Positions 20,485 through 29,430 of a stretch of 64,000 nucleotides of DNA are shown here, piece after piece. Where the stretch lies: positions 392,277-456,276 of the forward strand of contig NZ_JBNGOQ010000003.1 in the NCBI RefSeq assembly GCF_050589645.1, given 5' to 3'. Below the pieces are notes generated by a model, which had not been told where the DNA came from, ran no database searches, and saw only the letters and a program-made list of their open reading frames with translations. The position numbers were made by a program, and so were the translations under genes. This stretch comes from Eudoraea algarum. GTDB lineage: Bacteria > Bacteroidota > Bacteroidia > Flavobacteriales > Flavobacteriaceae. Every line of letters begins with the position of its first letter. Position 1 is the first letter of the stretch.

Positions 20485-20895
20485 ATGCAAAAATTAACGG
20501 TAACCTTTAGTGTAATACTTTATGCTATTGCAGTTCCGTATCTGGAAATAAATAATACACATGTATTTAATCCAGATTGGACACCTCATGTTAGAATTCA
20601 CGAAGTTTGGCAACTAATTACTAATTCTGTTATTGGAGTATTGTGCCTCTGGTTGGTTTGGAAGAAGAGAGATAAATGGATATCTACACTCCTTAGCATG
20701 TTTATTACTGGAGGTTTTTTAGTAGCTTATATGTTGAAAGAAACATATGGAGGCTCCATGAAGTATCTAGACGGAAGTGAAAAAACTTTAGCTGGAATTA
20801 ACATTGGAGTTCTGGGCTTTGGAGTTGCTTTTTTACTTTTAAGTATTACGTTATTTATTAGTGCAAAAAAGAGAAATAAAATGAAACAACATTAA
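20485..20895 (+). CDS. Hypothetical membrane protein
   Basis: About four hydrophobic helices. Confidence 0.35.
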   Translation: MQKLTVTFSVILYAIAVPYLEINNTHVFNPDWTPHVRIHEVWQLITNSVIGVLCLWLVWKKRDKWISTLLSMFITGGFLVAYMLKETYGGSMKYLDGSEKTLAGINIGVLGFGVAFLLLSITLFISAKKRNKMKQH

Positions 20896-20943
20896 GAAGA
20901 GAACAGAGTATGTTACAAGTTACACTAATGATGAATTGAAATT

Positions 20944-21438
20944 ATGATGTATACACCAGCAGATGGTTTCCCTTATTATTTTGACTTGGTTAATGGTGAT
21001 AGCTTACAAACACTTTTTACTACAATATCAACTTTCGATTTTTTAAAATCAATTCCTGAGGATAGAGTCATATACCGCTATGAACCCAATAAATGGAGTA
21101 TAAAACAAATAATAGGACATATAACCGACCATGAAAGAATAAAAATGTTCAGAGCATTTCAGTTAAGTAGAAATGAGAAAACACAATTATGGGGTTATGA
21201 CCAAGATTTTCTTATTAACCAAAGTCGTTTTGATGATTTGGAAATGCAACTTTTACTAGTCGATTTTCTAAATGTTCGGAAAGCATCTATAAGTTTTATT
21301 GAAACCTTATCGGAAATTCAATTAAAAAATACAGGCTGGGCTAAAGATTATGAAATTACGCTTGAAGACTTTCTCAAATCAATTATTGGACATGAGTTAC
21401 ATCACTTAAATATTATCAAAGAAAAATACTTATTATAG
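20944..21438 (+). CDS. DinB/YfiT-like family protein
   Basis: DinB_2-like histidines (IIGHITDHERI...IIGHELHHLNII). Confidence 0.5.
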   Translation: MMYTPADGFPYYFDLVNGDSLQTLFTTISTFDFLKSIPEDRVIYRYEPNKWSIKQIIGHITDHERIKMFRAFQLSRNEKTQLWGYDQDFLINQSRFDDLEMQLLLVDFLNVRKASISFIETLSEIQLKNTGWAKDYEITLEDFLKSIIGHELHHLNIIKEKYLL

Positions 21439-21493
21439 TAGAGATTAAAAAAAGTAAATGAAAGAAAAGAAATAGAGTCTCAAGAAATAAAAA

Positions 21494-22189
21494 TTATAAT
21501 ATTTTAAGCAAATCACTGGGGGTTTCAATTTCAAAATCAGGTCTATATGTCCACGCTCTTGTGTCAGCACTGCTGTATTTTGCAGTAACAGCAATTACTT
21601 TACTATTATTATCTAATTTCATTTCAATATTTCTTGCAAATTCAATATCACCTTCATGGTCTCCTATATAAATAATAGTTTTGTTAGCGGTATTTTCGAA
21701 TATTTGCTGTAAACATTTTATTCCGCCAAAAGGAATTGGTTTTTGATAATTATTTGGGATATCATTATAACCAATAATTGAGTTGAACTTATCAAGTAAG
21801 CCATTTTCCTTTAAAACACATTTAATGTTATCCGATGCATTTTGAGAGCAAATACCCTGGGGTACATGAATTTTACTTATAGTATGTTTAATATCAGAAA
21901 ATAACTTTACAGGGATTGTGTTTTTAAGCTGATATTCTGTCCATAAAGCCCCAGCTTCAATCATTTCAACCTCGGACATTCCGTAATAATTTATATATAA
22001 ATCTTGCCAATTTTTAGATTGATGATTGGCAATATGGTACGAATCTTCACTTTTTAAGGCATCTGGTAAGTTTTCTCCTGTTAGCCTAGGTGTTACTACT
22101 GAAAGAATCTCCTTGGTAATATCAATATTCTTTGGAACTGAATTCACTAATGTTCCGTCAAAATCCCATAGCACTGCATCAACATTCAT
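21494..22189 (-). CDS. HAD family hydrolase
   Basis: Motif I DFDGTLVNS. Confidence 0.65.
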   Translation of the reverse strand: MNVDAVLWDFDGTLVNSVPKNIDITKEILSVVTPRLTGENLPDALKSEDSYHIANHQSKNWQDLYINYYGMSEVEMIEAGALWTEYQLKNTIPVKLFSDIKHTISKIHVPQGICSQNASDNIKCVLKENGLLDKFNSIIGYNDIPNNYQKPIPFGGIKCLQQIFENTANKTIIYIGDHEGDIEFARNIEMKLDNNSKVIAVTAKYSSADTRAWTYRPDFEIETPSDLLKIL

Positions 22190-22222
22190 AAATCATTAGT
22201 TATAATTTTTTTTAAAATAAGA

Positions 22223-23152
22223 CTATTGATTTATTTTAATATTGGTTAACTTGTAAAAAGGATAATCAACATTCTCTTTTACACATTCCTCAATTATATA
22301 ATCTACCAAGTAATATTTTTCGTTGAGGTTATCTTTTTCATAATCTAGTTGCAATGAAGACTTGGCTTCATAGGGAAATTTGGAAAGTAACCCTATAGAA
22401 GTTTGTATATCCATTTCAGACAAATCTATTCCTTTTATTGAGGCCAGTTTTCTCAGTTCGTACATCATATTCTCTAGGGACAACATTAGTTCTACATCAA
22501 TAAGAAGTTCTCCAAATGTTACATTGTAGGCCGTAGTAATAGCTGCCACCGGCGCAACAAAAAGATACTTTTTCCACAAAACTGTTTCCATATCTTTTAC
22601 AAATGATATATCAATTTCTGCATCCTTAAAAACCTTAATTAAAACTTCATGTGTTTTTAGCAAATTGCCTCCTATAAAGATTTTACCTGGTCCTCCTAAA
22701 TGTTCAACATAACCTGGTTTTTTTATGTTAGATGCTACATAAATGCATCCATCCAAAATGTTGAACTCATTATTACCAAAGTTTTCAATTATAACTTCTT
22801 TGGCGTTGACCATATTTTGCAAAGTTATGATGGTGCTATGCGTATCTAAACAACTTCTATAGCTGTTTATGGCATCTATTAGTGAAAAGGATTTCGTGGT
22901 TACCAATAAAACATCTAAAATTCCTATTTCTATTGGATTATCGGAAACTAAATGAGGACGAACATTTTCAATCTTATCTCGGGATTTGATTGTGAGTCCA
23001 TTTTTTACAATTTCTTCTTTTGTGTCTCCTCTGCAGATAAAAATGATTTCGATATCATTTTCATTTTCAGGATAGTAGTGTTTTGCCAACGGTGCACCAA
23101 CAAAACCACCAATTCCACCAATTCCAAGTATTCCAATTCTCATTTTAATCAT
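22223..23152 (-). CDS. panE: 2-dehydropantoate 2-reductase (ketopantoate reductase family)
   Basis: N-terminal Rossmann MRIGILGIGGIGGFVGAPLAK and ApbA/PanE-like length and architecture. Confidence 0.65.
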   Translation of the reverse strand: MIKMRIGILGIGGIGGFVGAPLAKHYYPENENDIEIIFICRGDTKEEIVKNGLTIKSRDKIENVRPHLVSDNPIEIGILDVLLVTTKSFSLIDAINSYRSCLDTHSTIITLQNMVNAKEVIIENFGNNEFNILDGCIYVASNIKKPGYVEHLGGPGKIFIGGNLLKTHEVLIKVFKDAEIDISFVKDMETVLWKKYLFVAPVAAITTAYNVTFGELLIDVELMLSLENMMYELRKLASIKGIDLSEMDIQTSIGLLSKFPYEAKSSLQLDYEKDNLNEKYYLVDYIIEECVKENVDYPFYKLTNIKINQ

Positions 23153-23603
23153 ATTAAGTTTTGAATAAAGACAAGCTTCACTTTTTGATAGTAGTGAAGC
23201 TTGTTAGATGCAGAAAGGGCAAAATAAAGTATTTGTAAATTCATTATATTCTGCGCAAAATTCTAAAGTCTTACTATATAATTAGTATTAATTGGATTTC
23301 ATTTATCACAAAAATTTATTGATTTTTTTTACTCCAATTGGTTACAGCCAACTTTTCCATTTCCGCCTCATTGCTTAACCACGGCACGATAGTATTAAAT
23401 GGTTTCCCTTCCCAAAAATCATTATAAAACAAGTATAGTTTACCATTGCGAAAGCGCAATAACCATTAAATTATACTCAAACTAGCTCATAACTTTAATT
23501 TTTCCTGTATGTCAAAATGATTTTTTGACTTTTTTTATCTGAGAGTTAGCATTAGATTTATAATTAGTCTGTTTTCATTTTCTTTTATGTCTAGAATTAA
23601 TTG

Positions 23604-24197
23604 TTATTGATAACTAAATGGTGTTTTACCCAAGAACTTTCTGTAAAGACCAATCTGACCTAATTCATATCCCAAATGATGCATTTGAAAGCCGTACAGC
23701 CCACGCACGGTCTGTTCAGGAAATGGCAGTGGGAAGGGCGCTGCCGAATCCAATTGTTCTTCAGTTAGGTTGCCCAGGGCTTCGGCGATTTTGGGGATCA
23801 AGACATCAAAATCTTCCCTCATTTTCGAAAGGGACGGATGGTCTGCTTTGGGGTCAAAAGCCTTTCCGAAGGCAAACTGCTCGGCATACGGATTTTCAGT
23901 AGCCTGCCCCAATAGCATGGCCAAGTTATATTGAATGTCTACCATATGGCCAGCAATCCATGCCAGGCTATTGGCATTGTTGATGCGTCTGTCGGCCTCG
24001 GTATCTGAGATATCGTTTAGGTTTTTTGAGAATAGTCCGGCCTGTAATTCGTACTGTGCTTTCAGCACCTGTATGTCAGTGGGTTTATAAACCTCTTTGA
24101 TAACTTCCTTTTCCACTTTCTCAGCTTTTTGTTGGCAAGAGGCGATGGTTAGGGCCAGAATCAGAACGACCAATACTTTCATTGTTATTTTTTTCAT
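23604..24197 (-). CDS. DinB-family lipoprotein
   Basis: Signal/lipobox LTIASC; DinB_2-like histidines (IAGHMVDIQ...QMHHLGYELGQ). Confidence 0.5.
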   Translation of the reverse strand: MKKITMKVLVVLILALTIASCQQKAEKVEKEVIKEVYKPTDIQVLKAQYELQAGLFSKNLNDISDTEADRRINNANSLAWIAGHMVDIQYNLAMLLGQATENPYAEQFAFGKAFDPKADHPSLSKMREDFDVLIPKIAEALGNLTEEQLDSAAPFPLPFPEQTVRGLYGFQMHHLGYELGQIGLYRKFLGKTPFSYQ

Positions 24198-24207
24198 TGC
24201 TAATAGT

Positions 24208-24717
24208 TTAGGGATTATGCGGCTTTTTTACTTTTTTCTTAAAGTATTTTTGGTCAGATTTTATTTTGGCTTCTGATTGTTTTCCTGTCTCGATATAGTA
24301 TTTCAGGTCTTCCATTGTTTGATAGAGGTCCTTGCGCATCTTAGGCTTTATCATCCAACCCATAAGTAAGCCAGGGACCGTTGCAAGTGTCACATCCAAG
24401 TCCATGGTAACTTCCGAGGTGTTGATACTTAAAGATTTTACTTTCCAATTGGCAGTGGCGGCCTTCATAATAAAGGGAGTATCATCCAAATGATATTGCA
24501 GCTCCATCCGCTCCTCATCGGCCCGGTCAATGATTTCACTAACGTCACCAAAAACGGTTGAACAGGTTCTGCCTATGTATGCGCTATTCTGAACTTCACG
24601 TTCTTTGGATTCATTTACCGTGCTCGCCCAATCACAAGAACTGCCATAGTTGGTGTAGAGCACTTCCCAAACTTTGGAAGCTGGGGCATTTATCTGTAAG
24701 GATTTTTTAAATTTCAT
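24208..24717 (-). CDS. SRPBCC family protein
   Basis: INAPASKVWEVLYTNYGSSCDWAS, typical SRPBCC N-terminus. Confidence 0.55.
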   Translation of the reverse strand: MKFKKSLQINAPASKVWEVLYTNYGSSCDWASTVNESKEREVQNSAYIGRTCSTVFGDVSEIIDRADEERMELQYHLDDTPFIMKAATANWKVKSLSINTSEVTMDLDVTLATVPGLLMGWMIKPKMRKDLYQTMEDLKYYIETGKQSEAKIKSDQKYFKKKVKKPHNP

Positions 24718-24876
24718 ATGAAGCTACATTTGTGTTTTTTGCCTATTTATTATCAGGAAAACAAAGGGTTTGGATTGACTTTATTTGACTTTTAGATTCA
24801 AAAGGAAGGTTAATGTGACAACTTTGCATAAAAAAACCTGAACAAGTGTTCAGGTCTTTCCATCAAGGGGTGAAAA

Positions 24877-25398
24877 TTACCAACCGACATAATTAGGAGA
24901 TTTAATGTTTTTCATACGTAAACAAACAATTGCCTGTGCTCGGTGATGGGTACAGTGGTCGAAAACGATATTTAAAATTTTTCTCCTGGTCATTCGACCT
25001 GCCCAAAAAGAAGTGGTCTCCTCAAAGTAAGATTGTTCTTTATTTTCAATAGCGTTCTGTAAAGCCCCGTATTGAGCTTTCAAATAAGAAATAACCTCTT
25101 CTTTGTTGTTAGAATTGGGTTGTTTTACAGTTTGGAACGACAGTCCCGAGTTGCCGATATAGGCCATCCCCTCTCCAATATGAACAAGTTGCTCACCAAA
25201 GGAGCGGACATCCTCTATGGGTTTATAATTGTAATGTGCTTCTGGCATCTTATTGGCTACATCAAGCGTATATTCCAGGCTGTTCTTCAGCTTTTTGAGG
25301 TACTCGTTTTTAAAATTGCTTTTTTGTGCTGTCATAGGAAACCAAGATGTTATCAATAGGGTGCTGGCTATGGTAAAGATTTTTGGAAGTGACATCAT
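24877..25398 (-). CDS. DinB family protein
   Basis: HCTHHRAQAIVCLRM; start overlaps the sigma gene stop by 1 nt. Confidence 0.55.
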   Translation of the reverse strand: MMSLPKIFTIASTLLITSWFPMTAQKSNFKNEYLKKLKNSLEYTLDVANKMPEAHYNYKPIEDVRSFGEQLVHIGEGMAYIGNSGLSFQTVKQPNSNNKEEVISYLKAQYGALQNAIENKEQSYFEETTSFWAGRMTRRKILNIVFDHCTHHRAQAIVCLRMKNIKSPNYVGW

Positions 25399-26276
25399 CA
25401 GTTCAGTTTCATCAGGTCTTTGATATGCTTGTCGTTCAAGATATCCTCCAAAAAGGTTTTCTTGTCAAAGTCCGCCTTATAAGGTAATTGACCATAGAGT
25501 TCCGCATATTTTTCGTCCACAATGTCCAGCATCTCATCGGCATCCTTCTTAATGTAATTTCTAAAGTTTGAATATTCCTTTCGATTAAACAGAAGGTTTT
25601 TGCTGTCGATAACCTCATTGTCCATAGCGAAGGTCACTTTTTTATGGCAACGACAAGGGTTTGCTTTGTTGACCAACCCGCACTTTTCGTTCATAAAATT
25701 GAAGAGGTCCCGCCGTGCACGGGAGAGTTTCTGCCGGAAGTTGTCCTTGGAAATATCCAAAATCCCGGAGCCAATGGTATGGTCTGCATTGAACATTTCG
25801 CCTACTATATATACCAGTCGCTGCTCGCGGGTAAGGCATAAAAGCATTCCGCTCATACAGCTGTAATTCATCTCTCTGATAAATTGCTTTTTTTCTTCCT
25901 GCTCCAATGGGGTAAGGGGTTGGTCTGGTGTCATATCGAGCCCTTGGGCCATTTTATCAAAGCTTTCAAAGACCGATTCATTGGGTCTCCTTTTGGACAT
26001 TAGGAAATGGTTGGCCACGATACGATAGGCCCAGGTCCTGAAGGCGCTCCTACTTTCAAATTTTGATAGGTTGGTAATGATCTTTATGGTGGCTTCCTGG
26101 GTAAGATCTTGTGCATCCGCAGGATTGCGCACCATTTTCCAGGCAATATTGTAGATGTAAGGTTGATGCTTTAATATCAAATCTTCCAATGCCTGCTTGT
26201 CACCAGTCCTGGCCAGCGAAACCAATTGCTCATCGGTCTTGTCGCTTTTATATTCTTTTAAAAACGGATTGTCCAT
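25398..26276 (-). CDS. Sigma-70 family (ECF-like) sigma factor with a C-terminal extension of about 115 aa containing C-x8-C-x-C
   Basis: Region 2 (QDLTQEATIKIITNLSKFESRSAFRTWAYRIVAN) and region 4 (LTREQRLVYIV), then an extension with CGLVNKANPCRCH. Confidence 0.65.
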   Translation of the reverse strand: MDNPFLKEYKSDKTDEQLVSLARTGDKQALEDLILKHQPYIYNIAWKMVRNPADAQDLTQEATIKIITNLSKFESRSAFRTWAYRIVANHFLMSKRRPNESVFESFDKMAQGLDMTPDQPLTPLEQEEKKQFIREMNYSCMSGMLLCLTREQRLVYIVGEMFNADHTIGSGILDISKDNFRQKLSRARRDLFNFMNEKCGLVNKANPCRCHKKVTFAMDNEVIDSKNLLFNRKEYSNFRNYIKKDADEMLDIVDEKYAELYGQLPYKADFDKKTFLEDILNDKHIKDLMKLN

Positions 26277-26406
26277 CGTACACTTTATTATTTAGATGCG
26301 CTTTCGCGAAAGCTGTGACAACTTTTTTAAATAAAAAAATAGCAAAACCTGTCACACAATTTTTATGGTGCATCCAAAGGAAGTATAATCACTAATTAAT
26401 AATATA

Positions 26407-26916
26407 ATGAAAACTGTGAAAATGATAGCCTTGGCAGCATTCGTTGCCTTTGGTTTTACACAAATGAACGCTCAAAATGCTGATGCCAAAATCACTAAAA
26501 CCAAAATAGTGGAAGCATCTGCCGACAAAGTCTGGAACGAGTTGCGAAAACTTGACAATATTGATGAAATTTCAAGTTTTGTTGGTAAAGTCGAATTCAC
26601 TGGGCCTAAAGGTGCGGGAGGAAGCCGTGTTTGTACCGCCCCGGATGGAAAGGGCAAATTCAAGGAAAATATCCTAGCTTTTGATGATGCCACCAGAAGC
26701 TATACCTATGCGGTAGTGGAAGGTGTGCCTGCGGCTGGAATGGTCAGTAATTTTAAAGTCGTTGATTTAGGGTACAACAAATCGATGATCGTTTGGACAT
26801 CTACTTATGAGAAGTTTATGCAAAACCCACAGATGACGGAGGAGCAGTTCAATGGTTTCCTCAATCAGGCTTCTGGTGAGATGATGAATAATGTGGCAAT
26901 AATGGCTTCTAAATAG
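26407..26916 (+). CDS. Secreted SRPBCC domain protein
   Basis: Signal peptide; KIVEASADKVWNELRKLDNIDEISSF. Confidence 0.5.
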   Translation: MKTVKMIALAAFVAFGFTQMNAQNADAKITKTKIVEASADKVWNELRKLDNIDEISSFVGKVEFTGPKGAGGSRVCTAPDGKGKFKENILAFDDATRSYTYAVVEGVPAAGMVSNFKVVDLGYNKSMIVWTSTYEKFMQNPQMTEEQFNGFLNQASGEMMNNVAIMASK

Positions 26917-26973
26917 CCCCGAACTCATTATTCTGATTAAAAAGGGTCAAAAATTTTCCGTTTTTGACCCTTT

Positions 26974-27816
26974 TTACACAGTTGATTCTCTGAACAAAGT
27001 GGGAGATAAATTATAATGCCTTTTGAACAATTTTGAGAAATAACCAGGGTCATTGAAGCCGCAATCATAGGCAATCTCAGAGACAGAAGCCTTGGAATTT
27101 CGTAGCAGTCTGTTGGCCCTTTCCAACCTTTTAGCAACAATATAGCGGGAGAAAGTCGTATTGAATTCTATTTTGAACTTTCTTTTGAAGGTCGATGGAC
27201 TCATGTTGGCGATGGCCGCCATTTCATCCAGTGACACGTCCTCAAAAACATTGGCATCGACAATTTCATGTAAGGTATAACTTTCCCTGTCAAATAAAGA
27301 TGAAAGCAGCTCTAGGATGGGGTTGGGATTTCGGCTGTTGACGAGCAGCAAGGTCAACTCTTTAATCTTCAGTGCTACCAGTTCTTCGGTGGCCAACTCC
27401 CGATTGTCGAAATAGAAGAAAAGGCCATCCAAATATTTCTTTAATAGCACATCCAAATCCACTAGTGCATTCGACTTTTTTGACGATGCGAATGTGTCTA
27501 GTTTTCCAATGGCCTCTGATTCCAATATGGACTGCATCACCTCAGGGTGCAATCGCAAAAGGACCACTTCCGCTACTTTATCTTCGGTAGTACCATGCCA
27601 TTTGTTGACATAGGTGCCGCATTTCATCAAGACACCCTGTCCTTCACTTACCTCGGTTTTACCATCTGCGCGATAAAGACTGCCTTTGGTGTTTATGGGA
27701 AAGATAAAGCAGGCCGAATTACCCAAATCGGATGCAGCCACCAATGGCGGTGAAAAGGTGAAATGGCTGATGACGGCCCTTCCACCCAATTCTAAATGTC
27801 GCTGTGTCAAAATCAA
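26974..27816 (-). CDS. AraC family transcriptional regulator
   Basis: C-terminal AraC HTH (VSEIAYDCGFNDPGYFSKLFKRHYNLSPTLFR). Confidence 0.7.
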   Translation of the reverse strand: MILTQRHLELGGRAVISHFTFSPPLVAASDLGNSACFIFPINTKGSLYRADGKTEVSEGQGVLMKCGTYVNKWHGTTEDKVAEVVLLRLHPEVMQSILESEAIGKLDTFASSKKSNALVDLDVLLKKYLDGLFFYFDNRELATEELVALKIKELTLLLVNSRNPNPILELLSSLFDRESYTLHEIVDANVFEDVSLDEMAAIANMSPSTFKRKFKIEFNTTFSRYIVAKRLERANRLLRNSKASVSEIAYDCGFNDPGYFSKLFKRHYNLSPTLFRESTV

Positions 27817-27822
27817 GAGGTC

Positions 27823-28932
27823 TTATTTATATAGATGCCTTATTTTCTTCCATTTCTGCTCCGTTACTTTCTCACCGGTCTTGGCGTGGTAATCTATACC
27901 ATGGGCATAACGTTGAAATGCCTTGCGCATGGGTGCTTTGGCCAAACTTTTAAAAAATCGCGGCCTGGTAAGATAGTTAAAACGAATTTTTAGTAAGGTT
28001 TTATTGTTTGAAATTTTGGTTGCGTCCATATTGACCCAGCTGTAGTCGATGTTCAGGTTGCCGAAGCCTTTCTTATCCACTATTTCAATGGTGATGTGAT
28101 GGTTTTCAGGGTCGTATTTTGCTATTTTATCTACGAAGTATTTTTTTTCACGATTATTGGTCATGTACATGATGCGCATAGCGCCCACTTTGGGTTCGTT
28201 ATGTCCTGATGACCATTCGGAATAGGGACAGTTGGGATTGCTGTCTGCAACGTCTGCAAAACCCTCCCCTATGATTTCCCAAACGCGTTCTACTGGGGTA
28301 TCGATTTTTTGTTCGACCTCCACAACGGCGATTTTTTTCCTCATTTTGGTATCTTTTGACACCTTCTTCCCCATAATTTCCACCTTTCGGGGATGGGGTT
28401 CACCCGTCTCTACGAAATGTTTTAGTTCTTCGGCCTTGTTCTGAAGTACTTTGGTCAATTGTTTACGCATCATCCATTTCATGGTGAGTCCCATAAAACC
28501 TCCAACACGCATATCGTTGTAGGATGTCCAGATGGTCTTGTCGCCCTTAGGCGTAAGCTTGTCTTTGTTGATAGAGTATCTGACGAAGCCTGGTAGCCCT
28601 TCATAGAGTTCGTACTCGAAATAGTAATTCTCAGGCTCCCATTTGATGACACGTTCTCTTGTGTCATTGAATCCGGCAGCACTGATGGAACAAAATCGTT
28701 TGGCATCGCCTCCCTCGCCGCTGAACTCGACCACATGGTTTACTCCCGAGGCCCATTTGCCGATGCCTCCGTAGTCCACAGCAAGTGCATTCCAAACGGT
28801 TTCTATGGGTGCATCAATTTCGATTTCATAAGATGCCTGAAGGTTGGGTTCTTTTCTCTCCATATCTTGAGCTTTGACACCTTGAATGCCTAAGAACATT
28901 ACAAGGATCATTAACATGATTTTCGTTTTCAT
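27823..28932 (-). CDS. Secreted protein with two tandem SRPBCC domains. The ORF extends to 28998, but the signal peptide begins at the Met at 28932.
   Basis: MKTKIMLMILVMFLGIQGVKAQ signal peptide; two WNAL../VWEII.. SRPBCC-like repeats. Confidence 0.5.
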   Translation of the reverse strand: MKTKIMLMILVMFLGIQGVKAQDMERKEPNLQASYEIEIDAPIETVWNALAVDYGGIGKWASGVNHVVEFSGEGGDAKRFCSISAAGFNDTRERVIKWEPENYYFEYELYEGLPGFVRYSINKDKLTPKGDKTIWTSYNDMRVGGFMGLTMKWMMRKQLTKVLQNKAEELKHFVETGEPHPRKVEIMGKKVSKDTKMRKKIAVVEVEQKIDTPVERVWEIIGEGFADVADSNPNCPYSEWSSGHNEPKVGAMRIMYMTNNREKKYFVDKIAKYDPENHHITIEIVDKKGFGNLNIDYSWVNMDATKISNNKTLLKIRFNYLTRPRFFKSLAKAPMRKAFQRYAHGIDYHAKTGEKVTEQKWKKIRHLYK

Positions 28933-29129
28933 AGTTCTAGATTTTATGAAAACAAAGTTGAAAGAAACACTAGATAAAGGTTGGGAATAATAGGTCAATC
29001 AATAGGATTTATAGACCAGAGTATTGTGATACTTGAAGAACGCCATAATAAAGTTTAAAATCTGTTGACCGATTTGTTGACATATTATATCAAATCAATT
29101 CAAATTATATGATTGTCCAAAAACAACGA

Positions 29130-29166
29130 AACCTTGCAAATCATAGATTTTGCAAGGTTTTTTATT
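29130..29166 (+). terminator. Rho-independent terminator (AACCTTGCAAA-loop-TTGCAAGGTT then TTTTATT) with no annotated plus-strand gene upstream
   Basis: 10-bp stem followed by a T run. Confidence 0.45.
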
Positions 29167-29185
29167 CGTTTGGAGTTTCCTCCCT

Positions 29186-29202
29186 GTGACCTCGACAGGA
29201 TT
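29186..29202. repeat. 17-nt direct repeat (GTGACCTCGACAGGATT) duplicating the 3' end of tRNA-Arg (29356..29372); att-site-like scar
   Basis: Exact 17-mer match 170 bp from the tRNA 3' end. Confidence 0.6.
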
Positions 29203-29323
29203 ACCTTCGGTTTTCCCTTGAATTCCCCTTTGCAAATAGAAAGCCTTATGGCTTCGCCATACCTTTTATTTTATTACAAGATTGGAAAGCATTAGCTTTC
29301 CATCTTTCCATAAAACAAAAAAC

Positions 29324-29342
29324 CCATTACTTGCGTAATGGA
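29324..29342 (-). terminator. Hairpin (CCATTAC..GTAATGG) followed by a T run on the minus strand, directly downstream of the tRNA-Arg 3' end
   Basis: 7-bp stem then TTTTTTGTTTT on the minus strand. Confidence 0.45.
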
Positions 29343-29356
29343 CGTTCTGCTTGTAG

Positions 29357-29430
29357 TGACCTCGACAGGATTCAAACCTGTAACCTTCTGAGCCGTAATC
29401 AGATGCGCTATTCAGTTGCGCCACGAGGCC
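29357..29430 (-). tRNA. tRNA-Arg (anticodon ACG)
   Basis: 74-nt cloverleaf folded by hand: acceptor GGCCTCG/CGAGGTC, D-stem GCGC/GCGC, anticodon stem TCTGA/TCAGA with loop TTACGGC, T-stem ACAGG/CCTGT with T-loop TTTGAAT; CCA not encoded. Confidence 0.85.

Noticed and set aside
23296-23320. Additional GTGATTTT-like motif instance (ATCACAAAAAT) in the KPR upstream region
   Set aside because: Only a partial match (TTGTGATAAAT on the relevant strand) and ~150 nt from the nearest start codon; not counted.
29113-29295. ORF-track CDS of 60 aa
   Set aside because: Spans a rho-independent terminator and the att-like repeat; the peptide is low-complexity.
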